Part shown: one piece after another, positions 9,447 through 19,374 of the stretch | Position numbering within the stretch: position 1 is the first letter of the stretch | Layout of the letters: the number at the start of each line of letters is the position of its first letter | Assembly: GCA_040756235.1 (NCBI GenBank) | Contig: JBFLZG010000108.1 | Coordinates: forward strand, 1 to 29,734 | DNA from: a bacterium | GTDB taxonomy: Bacteria; Desulfobacterota; DSWW01 | Length of the DNA: 29,734 nt | Direction: 5' to 3' | Program-made: the position numbers and the translations under genes | The notes under the pieces: model-generated | Database searches by the model: none | Told to the model about the DNA's origin: nothing | Seen by the model: the letters and a program-made list of their open reading frames with translations, nothing else

Positions 9447-9462
9447 TCCAAAGGACATGCCA
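9447..9462 (-). promoter_or_regulatory. Sigma54 -24/-12 promoter (variant) for the CoA-ligase operon
   Basis: Minus strand TGGCATGTCCTTTGGA vs consensus TGGCACGNNNNTTGCW: correct spacing, but the -12 C is G. Lies between the activator gene and the operon. Confidence 0.6.
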
Positions 9463-9490
9463 GGAGCACTCCGGACGGCGGACATTTGAG

Positions 9491-9503
9491 CAAGTTGTTG
9501 TTT
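9491..9503 (-). promoter_or_regulatory. IHF-like binding site
   Basis: Minus strand AAACAACAACTTG vs WATCAANNNNTTR (1 mismatch), between the putative UAS and promoter. Confidence 0.45.
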
Positions 9504-9569
9504 CTGCGAAAGTCTCTGCAGTCATCAGGTGCGCAGCCCGGTCAGGCGGGCGGATCGCGGGGCAAAAAA

Positions 9570-9605
9570 CTCACGGTATTTGGTGAATTGACGAAATACG
9601 GTGAG
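9570..9605. promoter_or_regulatory. Putative upstream activator sequence (tandem TCAC-N8-GTGA palindromes)
   Basis: TCACGGTATTTGGTGA (9571-9586) and TGACGAAATACGGTGA (9589-9604). The whole block is an inverted repeat CTCACGGTATTT...AAATACGGTGAG, ~110-140 bp upstream of the -24 element. Confidence 0.65.
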
Positions 9606-9626
9606 GAAAGGCTGAGGCAGGGATCA

Positions 9627-11969
9627 TCACTCGCCGGACCAGGGCATGCGGATCCCGAGCTTGAGCATCCTTCCGCGAAGCGTGTTCGGATGGAGCCCCA
9701 GAAGGACTGCGGCCCCTTTGTCCCCGCTGATTCTCCAGCGGGTCTGATGGAGGACCTCGACGATGTGGTCTCTCTCCAATGCCTCCAGGGTCTTGGGCTT
9801 CTGTCCCGCGGAGTCGGCCGGGCGCGCCGGCCTCAAGGCATCCGCCACGCGCAGCACCGATCCCTCGGTGTTGATGACGGCCCGCTCCACCACGTTCACC
9901 AGCTCTCTCACGTTGCCGGGCCAGGAGTAGTCTTCCAGGGCCTTCATGGTCTCCGCCGGAATGCGTGTGATCGGTCTGCCCAGCTTCTTGGCCGCTCTCT
10001 TGACGAAGGCGTTCACCAGCAGCGCGATGTCTTCCCTCCGGTCCCGCAGCGGCGGAACGATGATGGGAAAGACGTGCAGCCGGTACCAGAGGTCCTCGCG
10101 AAATCGACCGCTTGCCATTTCCTTGGAGAGGTCCCGGTTGGTGGCCGCGATGATGCGCGCGTCCACGTGGATGGTCCTGGTGCTGCCCAGTCGCTCGAAG
10201 GCGCCTTCCTGGATTCCCCGGAGCAGCTTGGCCTGGACCTCGAGGGGAAGCTCGCCGATCTCGTCGAGAAACAGGGTCCCCCCGTTGGCGATCTCGAAGC
10301 GGCCCACGTGCCGGCTGTGGGCCCCGCTGAAGGCGCCCTTCTCGTGGCCGAACAGCTCGCTCTCGATCAGGTTGGAGGGCAGCGCGGCACAGTCCACCTT
10401 CACCAGGGGCTTGTCGCTGCGCCGGCTCGCGTCGTGAATGGCGCGCGCGATCAGCTCCTTGCCCGTGCCGGTCTCCCCCATGATGATCACGGTCGCGTCG
10501 GTCGGCGCGACCTGCTCGACCTTGTGGAGCACGGCGCGGATCGCCCGGCTCCTGCCGATCACGTCGGCGAAGTTGTGCTCCAGCCGGATCTCCTCGCGGA
10601 GATAGTTCCGCTCGGACTCGATCTGGTCCTTCAGCTCCCGGATTTCCGAGAACGCCTTCTGCAGCGATTCTTCGGCTCTCTTTCTCAGGATCGCGTTAGC
10701 GTAGATTTCCCCGCAGAGCCTCAGGCGCTTGACCAGGCCCTCGGGCCACCTCTGTTCCTCCATGGCGCTGAAGGCGAGCGACCCCAGGATCCTTCCCTCG
10801 GCGACAAGGGGAACGATGATGACGGACTTGACGCCGAAACGTTCCATGCTCTGCCGGTCCCGTTTGGCCTCCTCGGGCAGGTCGCTGGGCGTCCTCAGGT
10901 GAACGTGCTCTCCACGGAAGGTCTTCTCGAACATCCAGGGCCAGATGCCTTCCCGGTTGATCGTGACGGGGACCGGCTCCACTCCTTCCATGGCCCACGA
11001 GTGCGTGATGGCCACCCCTTCCGAGTCGTTCGTGATCTGCAGCAGCCCGCCCCGGGACGCACCCATGAACGCACAGATCTTGACGATCCCTTCGTTGATC
11101 AGGTTGTCGATCTGGGTGGCCGGTACGTTCACGAACGTGGCGGAAAGCTCGGTCAGGAGCGTCTCGAACCTCAGGCGGTCCAGCAGGGAGAGCTCCATCT
11201 CCCTCTCCCGGCTGATGTCGACGAAGAGATACAGATTGGAATGGGGTTCCCCGCCCTTGGTCCGGATGCGTTGCACGCGCATGCGCGCCGGAAAGGTTTC
11301 GCCGCCTTTCTTCTTGCAGCGCACCTCCACACCGGGTCCTTCGGGGTCGCCCGGCGCGATCTGCTTCACTGCTTCGGGATCCTGGAAGAGCCGCGCGATG
11401 TTCTCCCAGATCAGCTCCGCCTTGGTGTAGCCGAAGGTGCGCCTCACCGTGCTGTTCACGAGCGTGATGAAGCCTTCCTCGTTGGCCGTGACCACCGCGT
11501 TCGGGGAGGAGTCCAGGATCTCTCTCATGAACTCGAGCGATTCGCTGATCTGGCTCATCGCTCCTTCGCGCGCGAAGTTGGCCCGCTGAACCTCTTCCGA
11601 AAGGTCGTGCAGAAGCAGGAACCCGTTGCCGGTGCTGAGGGGGACGCCGCGGGCGATGCCGGACACCCTCATCTCGTAGAACTGGGGCAGGACGTTGTTG
11701 AACACCACGCTGAAGGGCGTGCCCCTGCTCAGGAGCTCCCAGTACTTGCCGCCGTAAGTGTCCCCCTCGATGACCCGCTTCCAGGTCTCATGGAACGGGG
11801 TGCCTAGAACGGACTCGCGCGGCTTCTTGGAGATCATCTCCTGGTGGCGGTTCATCCGCACCACCGTGCCCCGGCTGTCGAGGACCAGGAGCCCGCACGG
11901 TACGCTCTCGAAGATATCGTCCAAGAGCAAGGCCTGTTCCAGCAGCTCTGCCCCGGTCTTTCCTTTCAT
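9627..11969 (-). CDS. Sigma54-dependent enhancer-binding protein (PAS-PAS-GAF-AAA+-HTH; FhlA-like architecture)
   Basis: Walker A GETGTGKE, 'ESELFGHEKGAFSGA', Walker B LFLDEIGE, 'WPGNVREL', Fis-type HTH. Two PAS-like and one GAF-like N-terminal segments. Start uncertain (ATG 11969 chosen). Confidence 0.92.
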   Translation of the reverse strand: MKGKTGAELLEQALLLDDIFESVPCGLLVLDSRGTVVRMNRHQEMISKKPRESVLGTPFHETWKRVIEGDTYGGKYWELLSRGTPFSVVFNNVLPQFYEMRVSGIARGVPLSTGNGFLLLHDLSEEVQRANFAREGAMSQISESLEFMREILDSSPNAVVTANEEGFITLVNSTVRRTFGYTKAELIWENIARLFQDPEAVKQIAPGDPEGPGVEVRCKKKGGETFPARMRVQRIRTKGGEPHSNLYLFVDISREREMELSLLDRLRFETLLTELSATFVNVPATQIDNLINEGIVKICAFMGASRGGLLQITNDSEGVAITHSWAMEGVEPVPVTINREGIWPWMFEKTFRGEHVHLRTPSDLPEEAKRDRQSMERFGVKSVIIVPLVAEGRILGSLAFSAMEEQRWPEGLVKRLRLCGEIYANAILRKRAEESLQKAFSEIRELKDQIESERNYLREEIRLEHNFADVIGRSRAIRAVLHKVEQVAPTDATVIIMGETGTGKELIARAIHDASRRSDKPLVKVDCAALPSNLIESELFGHEKGAFSGAHSRHVGRFEIANGGTLFLDEIGELPLEVQAKLLRGIQEGAFERLGSTRTIHVDARIIAATNRDLSKEMASGRFREDLWYRLHVFPIIVPPLRDRREDIALLVNAFVKRAAKKLGRPITRIPAETMKALEDYSWPGNVRELVNVVERAVINTEGSVLRVADALRPARPADSAGQKPKTLEALERDHIVEVLHQTRWRISGDKGAAVLLGLHPNTLRGRMLKLGIRMPWSGE

Positions 11970-12081
11970 GATGAGCCTTATGACCTTCCGCGAGCCCGAA
12001 GAGCCCTGTGAGCGGACGCACATCGGACCATGGGGCCGCAGAAGAGCGGGAGAAGGAGGCGGTGAAGGGACCGAGGTCCTG

Positions 12082-12259
12082 GAGACTGTGTCATATGCCT
12101 CATCCCCGGCCAAGGCCTCGTAGCGGCCGGCAATATCGGCGGACATTGCGAGGGAGCCCGAGCGACCGAAGCAACCCCCTGAGTCCGGGAGGTTGCTTCG
12201 CTACGCTCGCAATCTCCGGATGCTTGCGCGGGAATGACCGGCGGTTATGAGACAGCCCC
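12082..12259. mobile_element. Candidate MITE (~180 bp) containing a family A repeat
   Basis: Terminal inverted repeats GAGACTGTGTCATA / TATGAGACAGCCCC (11/14 match), flanked by a CTG direct repeat. No coding capacity. Confidence 0.5.
12139..12217. repeat. REP/RPE-like palindromic repeat, family A, copy 2
   Basis: Inverted near-identical copy of 6288-6365. Confidence 0.85.
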
Positions 12260-12567
12260 CTGATCGTCATGCAATGATGGAGTCATGCGGCCTGATCCAG
12301 GCGGCATTTTACTGGGCTGGCACCACGATCTCAAGACGTGGAGGGCGAGCGTCGAGGAGCCGAGTGTCGAGGGCAGCCCCGAGCCGGATGGGCGAAAGGC
12401 CGCGCGAAGGGAGACGGCCTGTCCGACTCCCTGCCGAGTCCGTTGATTTCGCCTCCGAGGTTGGCGGAGAATGGCGCCCGTCCATCGGGAAATCGCCCTC
12501 GCGCGGCTCCATCCCCCCTGGCCTCTCCCCTCGGAGCCCAGAGGATGAATGAAGCGCCTGGTGCGAA

Positions 12568-12667
12568 CTCTTAGCCCCCTTTCGTAAAGGGGGCTGGGGG
12601 GATTTTGGATGAGAAGCTGAGCTCGAAAATCCCCCCTGCCCCCCCTTTGTCAAAGGGGGGCAAGAAA
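12568..12667. repeat. Double stem-loop repeat, family B (CCCCCTTT-nn-AAAGGGGG), copy 1
   Basis: Two G/C-run hairpins with a conserved spacer GGATGAGAAGCTGAGCTCGAAAATCCCCCC. Inverted homolog at 28829-28935. Confidence 0.85.
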
Positions 12668-12722
12668 CACACTTGACTCACCAGCCCGATTCGTTTGCAT
12701 TCGTCTGAGGGAGGGCAGTGTC

Positions 12723-14267
<1,545 letters not shown>

Positions 14268-14460
14268 GAGGCACCCTTGGTGCTGAGACGATGGATGCGC
14301 GGTACCCAGCGCTTGAGCGTGCCAACCGACCGTCCAATACCTCGCGAGCCGGCCGGCGAGCACTCGGTAGCGTGGACCAAGCCGAAGGCCTGTCCGCCAG
14401 CCACGGCTGCAGATCACGAGCGCGGCGCTCTCCCGGGTGGCGAGGGTGTCGTTTTTTCTC

Positions 14461-14567
14461 CCTTCTCCCCTCGGCGAGGGGAGAAGGTCAGGATGAGGGG
14501 TGGGTGAATGTGGTCCCGTTTCCCCCTCACCCTGTCCCTCTCCCCCGTGACGCGGGGGAGAGGGAAT
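14461..14567. repeat. Double stem-loop repeat, family C (CCTTCTCCCC...GGGGAGAAGG), copy 1
   Basis: 14461-14502 is the exact reverse complement of 22138-22179 (42 bp). Confidence 0.88.
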
Positions 14568-14728
14568 TGATTTTTCGACACCCTCTGGAAGGCGACATGC
14601 GCCGCCGCTACAAGAGCCGGATCCGCTGAATCCCCGCGACGGGCGCTAGCCAAGCAGCGCCCTTACAAGAGCGGGTGGGCGGAGCCCGTGGGCCCGGCCT
14701 TTCCGCGGGTCACACGAAGGAGACACGA

Positions 14729-17134
14729 ATGCAGCTCCAAGGCGATTGGCAGGGCAGGTTCGTGAGTAAGGCCGTGCGCAACGTGCAGCGCGGCTATACG
14801 GACGACGGCAGATCGAGAGGTCTGTTCCGCCCGGAAGTGCGGCTCGATCTCCAGAGATCCCGGCTCATGACGGAGTCGTTCAAGGAGACCGACGGCCAGG
14901 CGATGGTCCTGCGCCGCGCCAGGGCGCTCGCCCACGTGCTCGACCACATGGGCATCTTCATCCGGGACTGGGAGCGGATCGTGGGTTACCAGACCTCCGA
15001 CCCGGCCGGCATCTACCACCCGATCGACATGAACTGGAAATCCGTGCAGCGCCTCGTGAACAGCGAGGCCGGACGGACGCTGTTGGACGACGCCGGGAGG
15101 AGGGAGCTCGACCAGATCTGCGCCTACTGGAACGGCAAGAGCATGAGCGACCGCCAGCAGCAGGCTTTCACCGGCCATCTGGGCAAGTACTGGCAGTACG
15201 AGGGAACTTTTCTCTGGACCCACTGGTCCGAGCTCGGCGTGCCCGACTACGAGTCCCTGCTGCGCGAAGGCTTGACAGCGAGGATCCGAAGGGCCCGGGC
15301 GCGGCTCGAGGAGATCGACCGGACGGTTCCTCCCGACTACATCGATCAGAAGGAGCTCCTCGAGGCGGTGATCCTGGTCCTGGAGAGCGTCAACCGCTTC
15401 TCCCGCCGGTACGCGCTCCTGGCTGCCGATATGGCGGCCTCCGAGAGAGACCCCGAACGTAAGGCCGTGCTCGAGGAGATCGCCCGCACCTGCGAGCAGG
15501 TTCCGGCCCGGCCGCCTCGCACGTTCCTGGAAGCTGTCCAGTTCTTCTACTTCATCCACCTGGTCCGCTACCTGGAATACTCGACCCTGGGCATCGGCCT
15601 GCGCATCGACCACGTGCTGGGCCCGTTCTACGAAAGGGACGTCCGGGAGGGCAGGCTCGACCGGGACCAGGCCAGGGAGATCCTCCAGCTCCTCTGGGTC
15701 AAGTTCCTCGAGCTGGGTCTCGTTTACTCTCCGCTGGTCACCTCGGTGTACGGCGGCGTCGCCTCCCTTCAGGCCGTCACGATCGGCGGGCTGGACCGAT
15801 CGGGCCGGGACGTGACGAACGAGCTGACCTACCTCGTCCTGGAGACGGCCAGGGAGATGAGGACCATCGAGCCCAGCATTGCGCTCAGGGTTCACGCGAA
15901 CACGCCCGAACCGCTGTTGTCCGCGGCGACCGACGTGGTCCGGACCGGCGTCGGCTACCCGTCCTTCTTCAATGATGAAGCGCTGATCCCTCTTCTGGAG
16001 AAATGGGGCGTGCCGCCGGAGGACGCCAGAGGCTACAGCGTCTCGGGTTGCGTGTACATGGAGATCCCGGGCAAGAACATCACGCGGCGCGTCGCCGGCT
16101 ATTTCGTTCTCGCCAAGTGCCTGTGGTGGGCCCTCCATCGGGGCGTCGATCCGAAGACGGGAGAGCAGAGGGGCGCGCGCACGCCCGACCCTGCCGTGTT
16201 CCGGGGATGGGAGGACGTCCTGGAGGCCTACCTCGAGCAGGTGAAGTTCTTCCTGACCAAGATGGTGCAGGTCGAGAATACCTGCCGCGACCTCTACGCC
16301 AAGTACTGCCCGAAGCCGTTCTACTCGGCGATCGTGGACGGCTGCATCGAGCAGGGCAAGGAGTGCAAGCAGTGGGTGTATCCGTCCATGGTGCACGATT
16401 TCGCCATGGTCATCGGAGGCACCAACGTCGCCGACTCCCTGACCGCCATCCGCGAGGTGGTCTTCGATGACGGGATCGTGACGCTCCCGGAGCTGGTCCG
16501 AATCATGGACCGGAACTGGGCCGGCCGCGAAGACGTGCGGCAGGCCTGCCTGCGCGCCCCCAAGTACGGCAACGACGACGACTACGCCGACCTCGTCGCG
16601 CGCGCGGTGCACCACCGGACCGAAGCGGCCATGGAGACGGTCAAGGACCGTTTCGGCTACTCTATCCGGGGAGACGGGAGCGCCGTTTCCGCCACCTACG
16701 GTCTTGCGGTGGACACCCCGGCCACGCCGGACGGCAGACCGGACGGAGCCCCCTTTGCCGACTCGACCCTGGCGCCGCAACCGGGGGCCGACAAGAAAGG
16801 CCCGACCGCTGTCCTCAACTCCTGCGCGAAGATCGAGACGCTCGAGACCTACAATCACCTCCTCAACCAGAAATTCCTGCCCCAGTACCTGGAAGGCGAC
16901 ATGAAGCCTGTCTTTCTCGGCTACCTCAAGACCTGGCGGGAAAAGAAGATCCCCCACATCCAGTTCAACGTGGTGGACAAGGAGACCCTGCTCGACGCTC
17001 AGCAGTACCCGGAAAAGCACCGGGACCTCATCGTCAGGGTCGCGGGCTTCAGCGCCTACTTCGCGGACCTCTCCAGGGGACTTCAGGACCATATCATCGC
17101 CAGGACCGAGCAGAGCCTGCTGGGGCAGGTTTGA
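14729..17134 (+). CDS. Glycyl radical enzyme (PFL superfamily), substrate unknown
   Basis: ATG 14729 with AAGGAG RBS, 801 aa. C-terminal 'HIQFNVV...LLDAQ..PE.HRDLIVRVAGFSAYF' glycyl loop, single-Cys loop 'SGCVYME', plus 'PKYGND' and 'ATPDGR'. Confidence 0.93.
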   Translation: MQLQGDWQGRFVSKAVRNVQRGYTDDGRSRGLFRPEVRLDLQRSRLMTESFKETDGQAMVLRRARALAHVLDHMGIFIRDWERIVGYQTSDPAGIYHPIDMNWKSVQRLVNSEAGRTLLDDAGRRELDQICAYWNGKSMSDRQQQAFTGHLGKYWQYEGTFLWTHWSELGVPDYESLLREGLTARIRRARARLEEIDRTVPPDYIDQKELLEAVILVLESVNRFSRRYALLAADMAASERDPERKAVLEEIARTCEQVPARPPRTFLEAVQFFYFIHLVRYLEYSTLGIGLRIDHVLGPFYERDVREGRLDRDQAREILQLLWVKFLELGLVYSPLVTSVYGGVASLQAVTIGGLDRSGRDVTNELTYLVLETAREMRTIEPSIALRVHANTPEPLLSAATDVVRTGVGYPSFFNDEALIPLLEKWGVPPEDARGYSVSGCVYMEIPGKNITRRVAGYFVLAKCLWWALHRGVDPKTGEQRGARTPDPAVFRGWEDVLEAYLEQVKFFLTKMVQVENTCRDLYAKYCPKPFYSAIVDGCIEQGKECKQWVYPSMVHDFAMVIGGTNVADSLTAIREVVFDDGIVTLPELVRIMDRNWAGREDVRQACLRAPKYGNDDDYADLVARAVHHRTEAAMETVKDRFGYSIRGDGSAVSATYGLAVDTPATPDGRPDGAPFADSTLAPQPGADKKGPTAVLNSCAKIETLETYNHLLNQKFLPQYLEGDMKPVFLGYLKTWREKKIPHIQFNVVDKETLLDAQQYPEKHRDLIVRVAGFSAYFADLSRGLQDHIIARTEQSLLGQV

Positions 17135-17189
17135 AATCTGCCCCTACCCGGAGAGATATCCCGGATCTGAGGATCCCCGGTCTAGGCCA

Positions 17190-19128
17190 CCCGACTTTGA
17201 CAGTAAAGGCCCTCGTTTCCCGCTTGTGCCGAATTCAGCCTCAATGAAATCAACGCGTTGCGAGTCTGGAGCACCCGATTTTTGAAAACCGTGTAGTACG
17301 TAGAAAGTGAGGCCAACGTGTATTATTGCCTTGACTGCGAGTGGCTGAAGTGGTAAATACGTCAGCACTATGTTCGTACGAGTTGTGACCAGCCGCCAGC
17401 ACACCAAGACCTACCGGTCCCTGCAGATCTGCGAGTCGTACAGGGATCCCTCCAGAGGTGGGGTGCCGCGCACCCGTGTGCTGGCTCACGTCGGACAAGT
17501 CGATCGCTTCAGCCAGCGGGACGTGGACAGCATCATCAACGGACTGCTTCGGGTGTTCGGCCGTCCGTCCGCCAAAGATACCGCAGTAGTGGACGGGAAG
17601 GACTTCGGGCACATCTACGCCTTGGGTGAGATCTGGAAGCGGCTCGGGATCGGAGAGATCCTCCGGGGGCATGCCGGCAAGAGCGGCCACGAGTTCGACC
17701 TGGAGGCGCACGTCAAACTGATGGTCTTCAACCGGCTGTGCGACCCTTGCTCGAAGCTGGCTCTCTTGGAGTGGGCGGATGGGGTGTACCTGCCCGGTCT
17801 CGAGCTGGAGAAGCTCGAGTACCATCATCTGCTCCGGACCATGGACTGGCTCATCGAAAAGAAGGAGACCGTCGAGAAGGAGGTCTCCCAGAAAATGCTC
17901 ACCCTCTTCGATGGGGAGCCGGACCTGGTCTTCTATGATGTGACGTCCAGCTACTTCGAGGCGGAGCGTTCGGTCCAAGAAGAAGACATCCGACAGTACG
18001 GCTACAGCCGGGACCATCGGCCGGAGCGAAGGCAGATCGTGATCGGCCTGGTCATGACCCGAAACGGCCTCCCGCTGGCCCACCACGTCTTTCCTGGGGA
18101 CCGACCCGACAAGAAGACCGTGGCCGAAGCGGTCCGGGATCTGAAGGAAAGGTTCGGAATCCGACGGGCCGTCTTCGTGGGCGACCGGGGGATGATGTCC
18201 GAAGAGAATCTGGATGCCATCCTGGATGCGGGCTTCGACTATCTCATCAGCCTCCCGATGCGACACTCCAAGGCCGTCCATCTGCTGCTCAAAGAGCTGG
18301 AAGGAAGCTGGAAGAAGGACCCCCGGGCAGCCGAGCAGTTTCATCTGGAACAAGAGGAGGGAGGATACAGCCTCGCGGTGGCGTTCGATCCGGCGCTTGC
18401 TGCCCAGACCCGAAGCGGTCGCGAGGAGCGGCTGAAGAAAGCCGACCGCTTCATCGAGGCCCTGCAGCGACGTCTGAAGCAGGAGGTGCGGCGCCGCGGT
18501 CGGCCTCTGACTGCCCAGGGAGCCTTCGAGCAGATCCACGATTACCTCAGGGACCGAAAGCTTCTTCGATACTACCGGCTGGAGCTGACCTCCGAAGGGC
18601 TCGAAGTGACGACGGACGAGGCGGCCCGGAAACTGGAGCAGATGATCGACGGCAAGATCGTCGTGGAGAGCTCCTGCCAGGATCTCACTGCCCGGGACCT
18701 CATCGAGCGGTACAAGGAGCTTGCGGACATCGAGAGGGCCTTCCGGACCCTCAAGTCCTCCCTGGAGATCAGGCCGGTGTACCACTGGACCGAGAAACGG
18801 ATCCGAGCTCATGTGTTCATCTGCGTGCTGGCCCTGCAGGTCCACCGCTACATGCGTAAGCGACTCCAAGGCAGTAACCTCTCCGTCGAACGCTCGATCC
18901 AGAGGCTCAGGACCCTGAAGGCCGGCACCCTGCAGGCGGCTTCTGCGACCGTACCCTACCTGGCGGCCGTGAACGACAAGCATAAGGAAGTCTATGAGCA
19001 ACTGGAGTTGCCCCTGCCGAGAGTGAAGAACCTCGAAGCAGCGGCTTTGTAGTACGAAAAATCAGACCGCAAACCCCCTAAGTGCCCGAATTAGCGATCT
19101 TCACGTCCCTGGCACTGTCAAACTCCGG
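17190..19128 (+). mobile_element. IS1634-family insertion sequence
   Basis: Terminal IRs CCCGACTTTGACAGT (17190-17204) and ACTGTCAAACTCCGG (19114-19128; 13/15 match) enclose one transposase ORF. Flanks GGCCAC/GGGCAC are only an imperfect duplication. Confidence 0.85.
17370..19052 (+). CDS. IS1634-family DDE transposase
   Basis: 'VFYDVTSSYFE', 'GYSRDHRP', 'VFVGDRGM', 'IERAFRTLKS.LEIRPVYHW...RIRAHVFICVLAL'. Confidence 0.93.
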   Translation: MFVRVVTSRQHTKTYRSLQICESYRDPSRGGVPRTRVLAHVGQVDRFSQRDVDSIINGLLRVFGRPSAKDTAVVDGKDFGHIYALGEIWKRLGIGEILRGHAGKSGHEFDLEAHVKLMVFNRLCDPCSKLALLEWADGVYLPGLELEKLEYHHLLRTMDWLIEKKETVEKEVSQKMLTLFDGEPDLVFYDVTSSYFEAERSVQEEDIRQYGYSRDHRPERRQIVIGLVMTRNGLPLAHHVFPGDRPDKKTVAEAVRDLKERFGIRRAVFVGDRGMMSEENLDAILDAGFDYLISLPMRHSKAVHLLLKELEGSWKKDPRAAEQFHLEQEEGGYSLAVAFDPALAAQTRSGREERLKKADRFIEALQRRLKQEVRRRGRPLTAQGAFEQIHDYLRDRKLLRYYRLELTSEGLEVTTDEAARKLEQMIDGKIVVESSCQDLTARDLIERYKELADIERAFRTLKSSLEIRPVYHWTEKRIRAHVFICVLALQVHRYMRKRLQGSNLSVERSIQRLRTLKAGTLQAASATVPYLAAVNDKHKEVYEQLELPLPRVKNLEAAAL

Positions 19129-19314
19129 GGCACGAGGCCGATCAAGGCCTGATGTGCCGGTGCAATTCCCGGGTATGCTCCGGCCGGGGAGTGACGATCC
19201 GGAGCCCAGCCTTGACGATTTTCGGCAGTCCGCGCCCCGCGGCCGGATCGCACCGCGGCCCGTATCCTCCAACGATTTCAGGCGCTTTGCTTCCCCGGCC
19301 GCGCCGCATGAGCC

Positions 19315-19330
19315 TGGCACAATCCCTGCT
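19315..19330 (+). promoter_or_regulatory. Sigma54 -24/-12 promoter
   Basis: TGGCACAATCCCTGCT (GG-N10-GC), 44 nt upstream of the ATG at 19375. Confidence 0.65.
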
Positions 19331-19374
19331 CGTAAAAGTCTGGCGAGGACTGAACCACAACAGGAGCAGGGAAC

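Noticed and set aside
12247..12653. Short ORFs or a riboswitch in the divergent intergenic region
   Set aside because: ORFs are Arg/Pro/Ser-rich and overlap repeats. No riboswitch consensus recognised; an Rfam scan would be decisive.
12673..12701. Possible sigma70 promoter TTGACT-N17-TGCATT before the acyl-CoA ligase
   Set aside because: Poor -10 match and very close to the RBS; insufficient support.
14729..17134. Calling the GRE pflB, bssA/assA, cutC or hypD
   Set aside because: Lacks Cys-Cys, CM(S/A)P and CxE signatures, and lacks the accessory genes of those systems.
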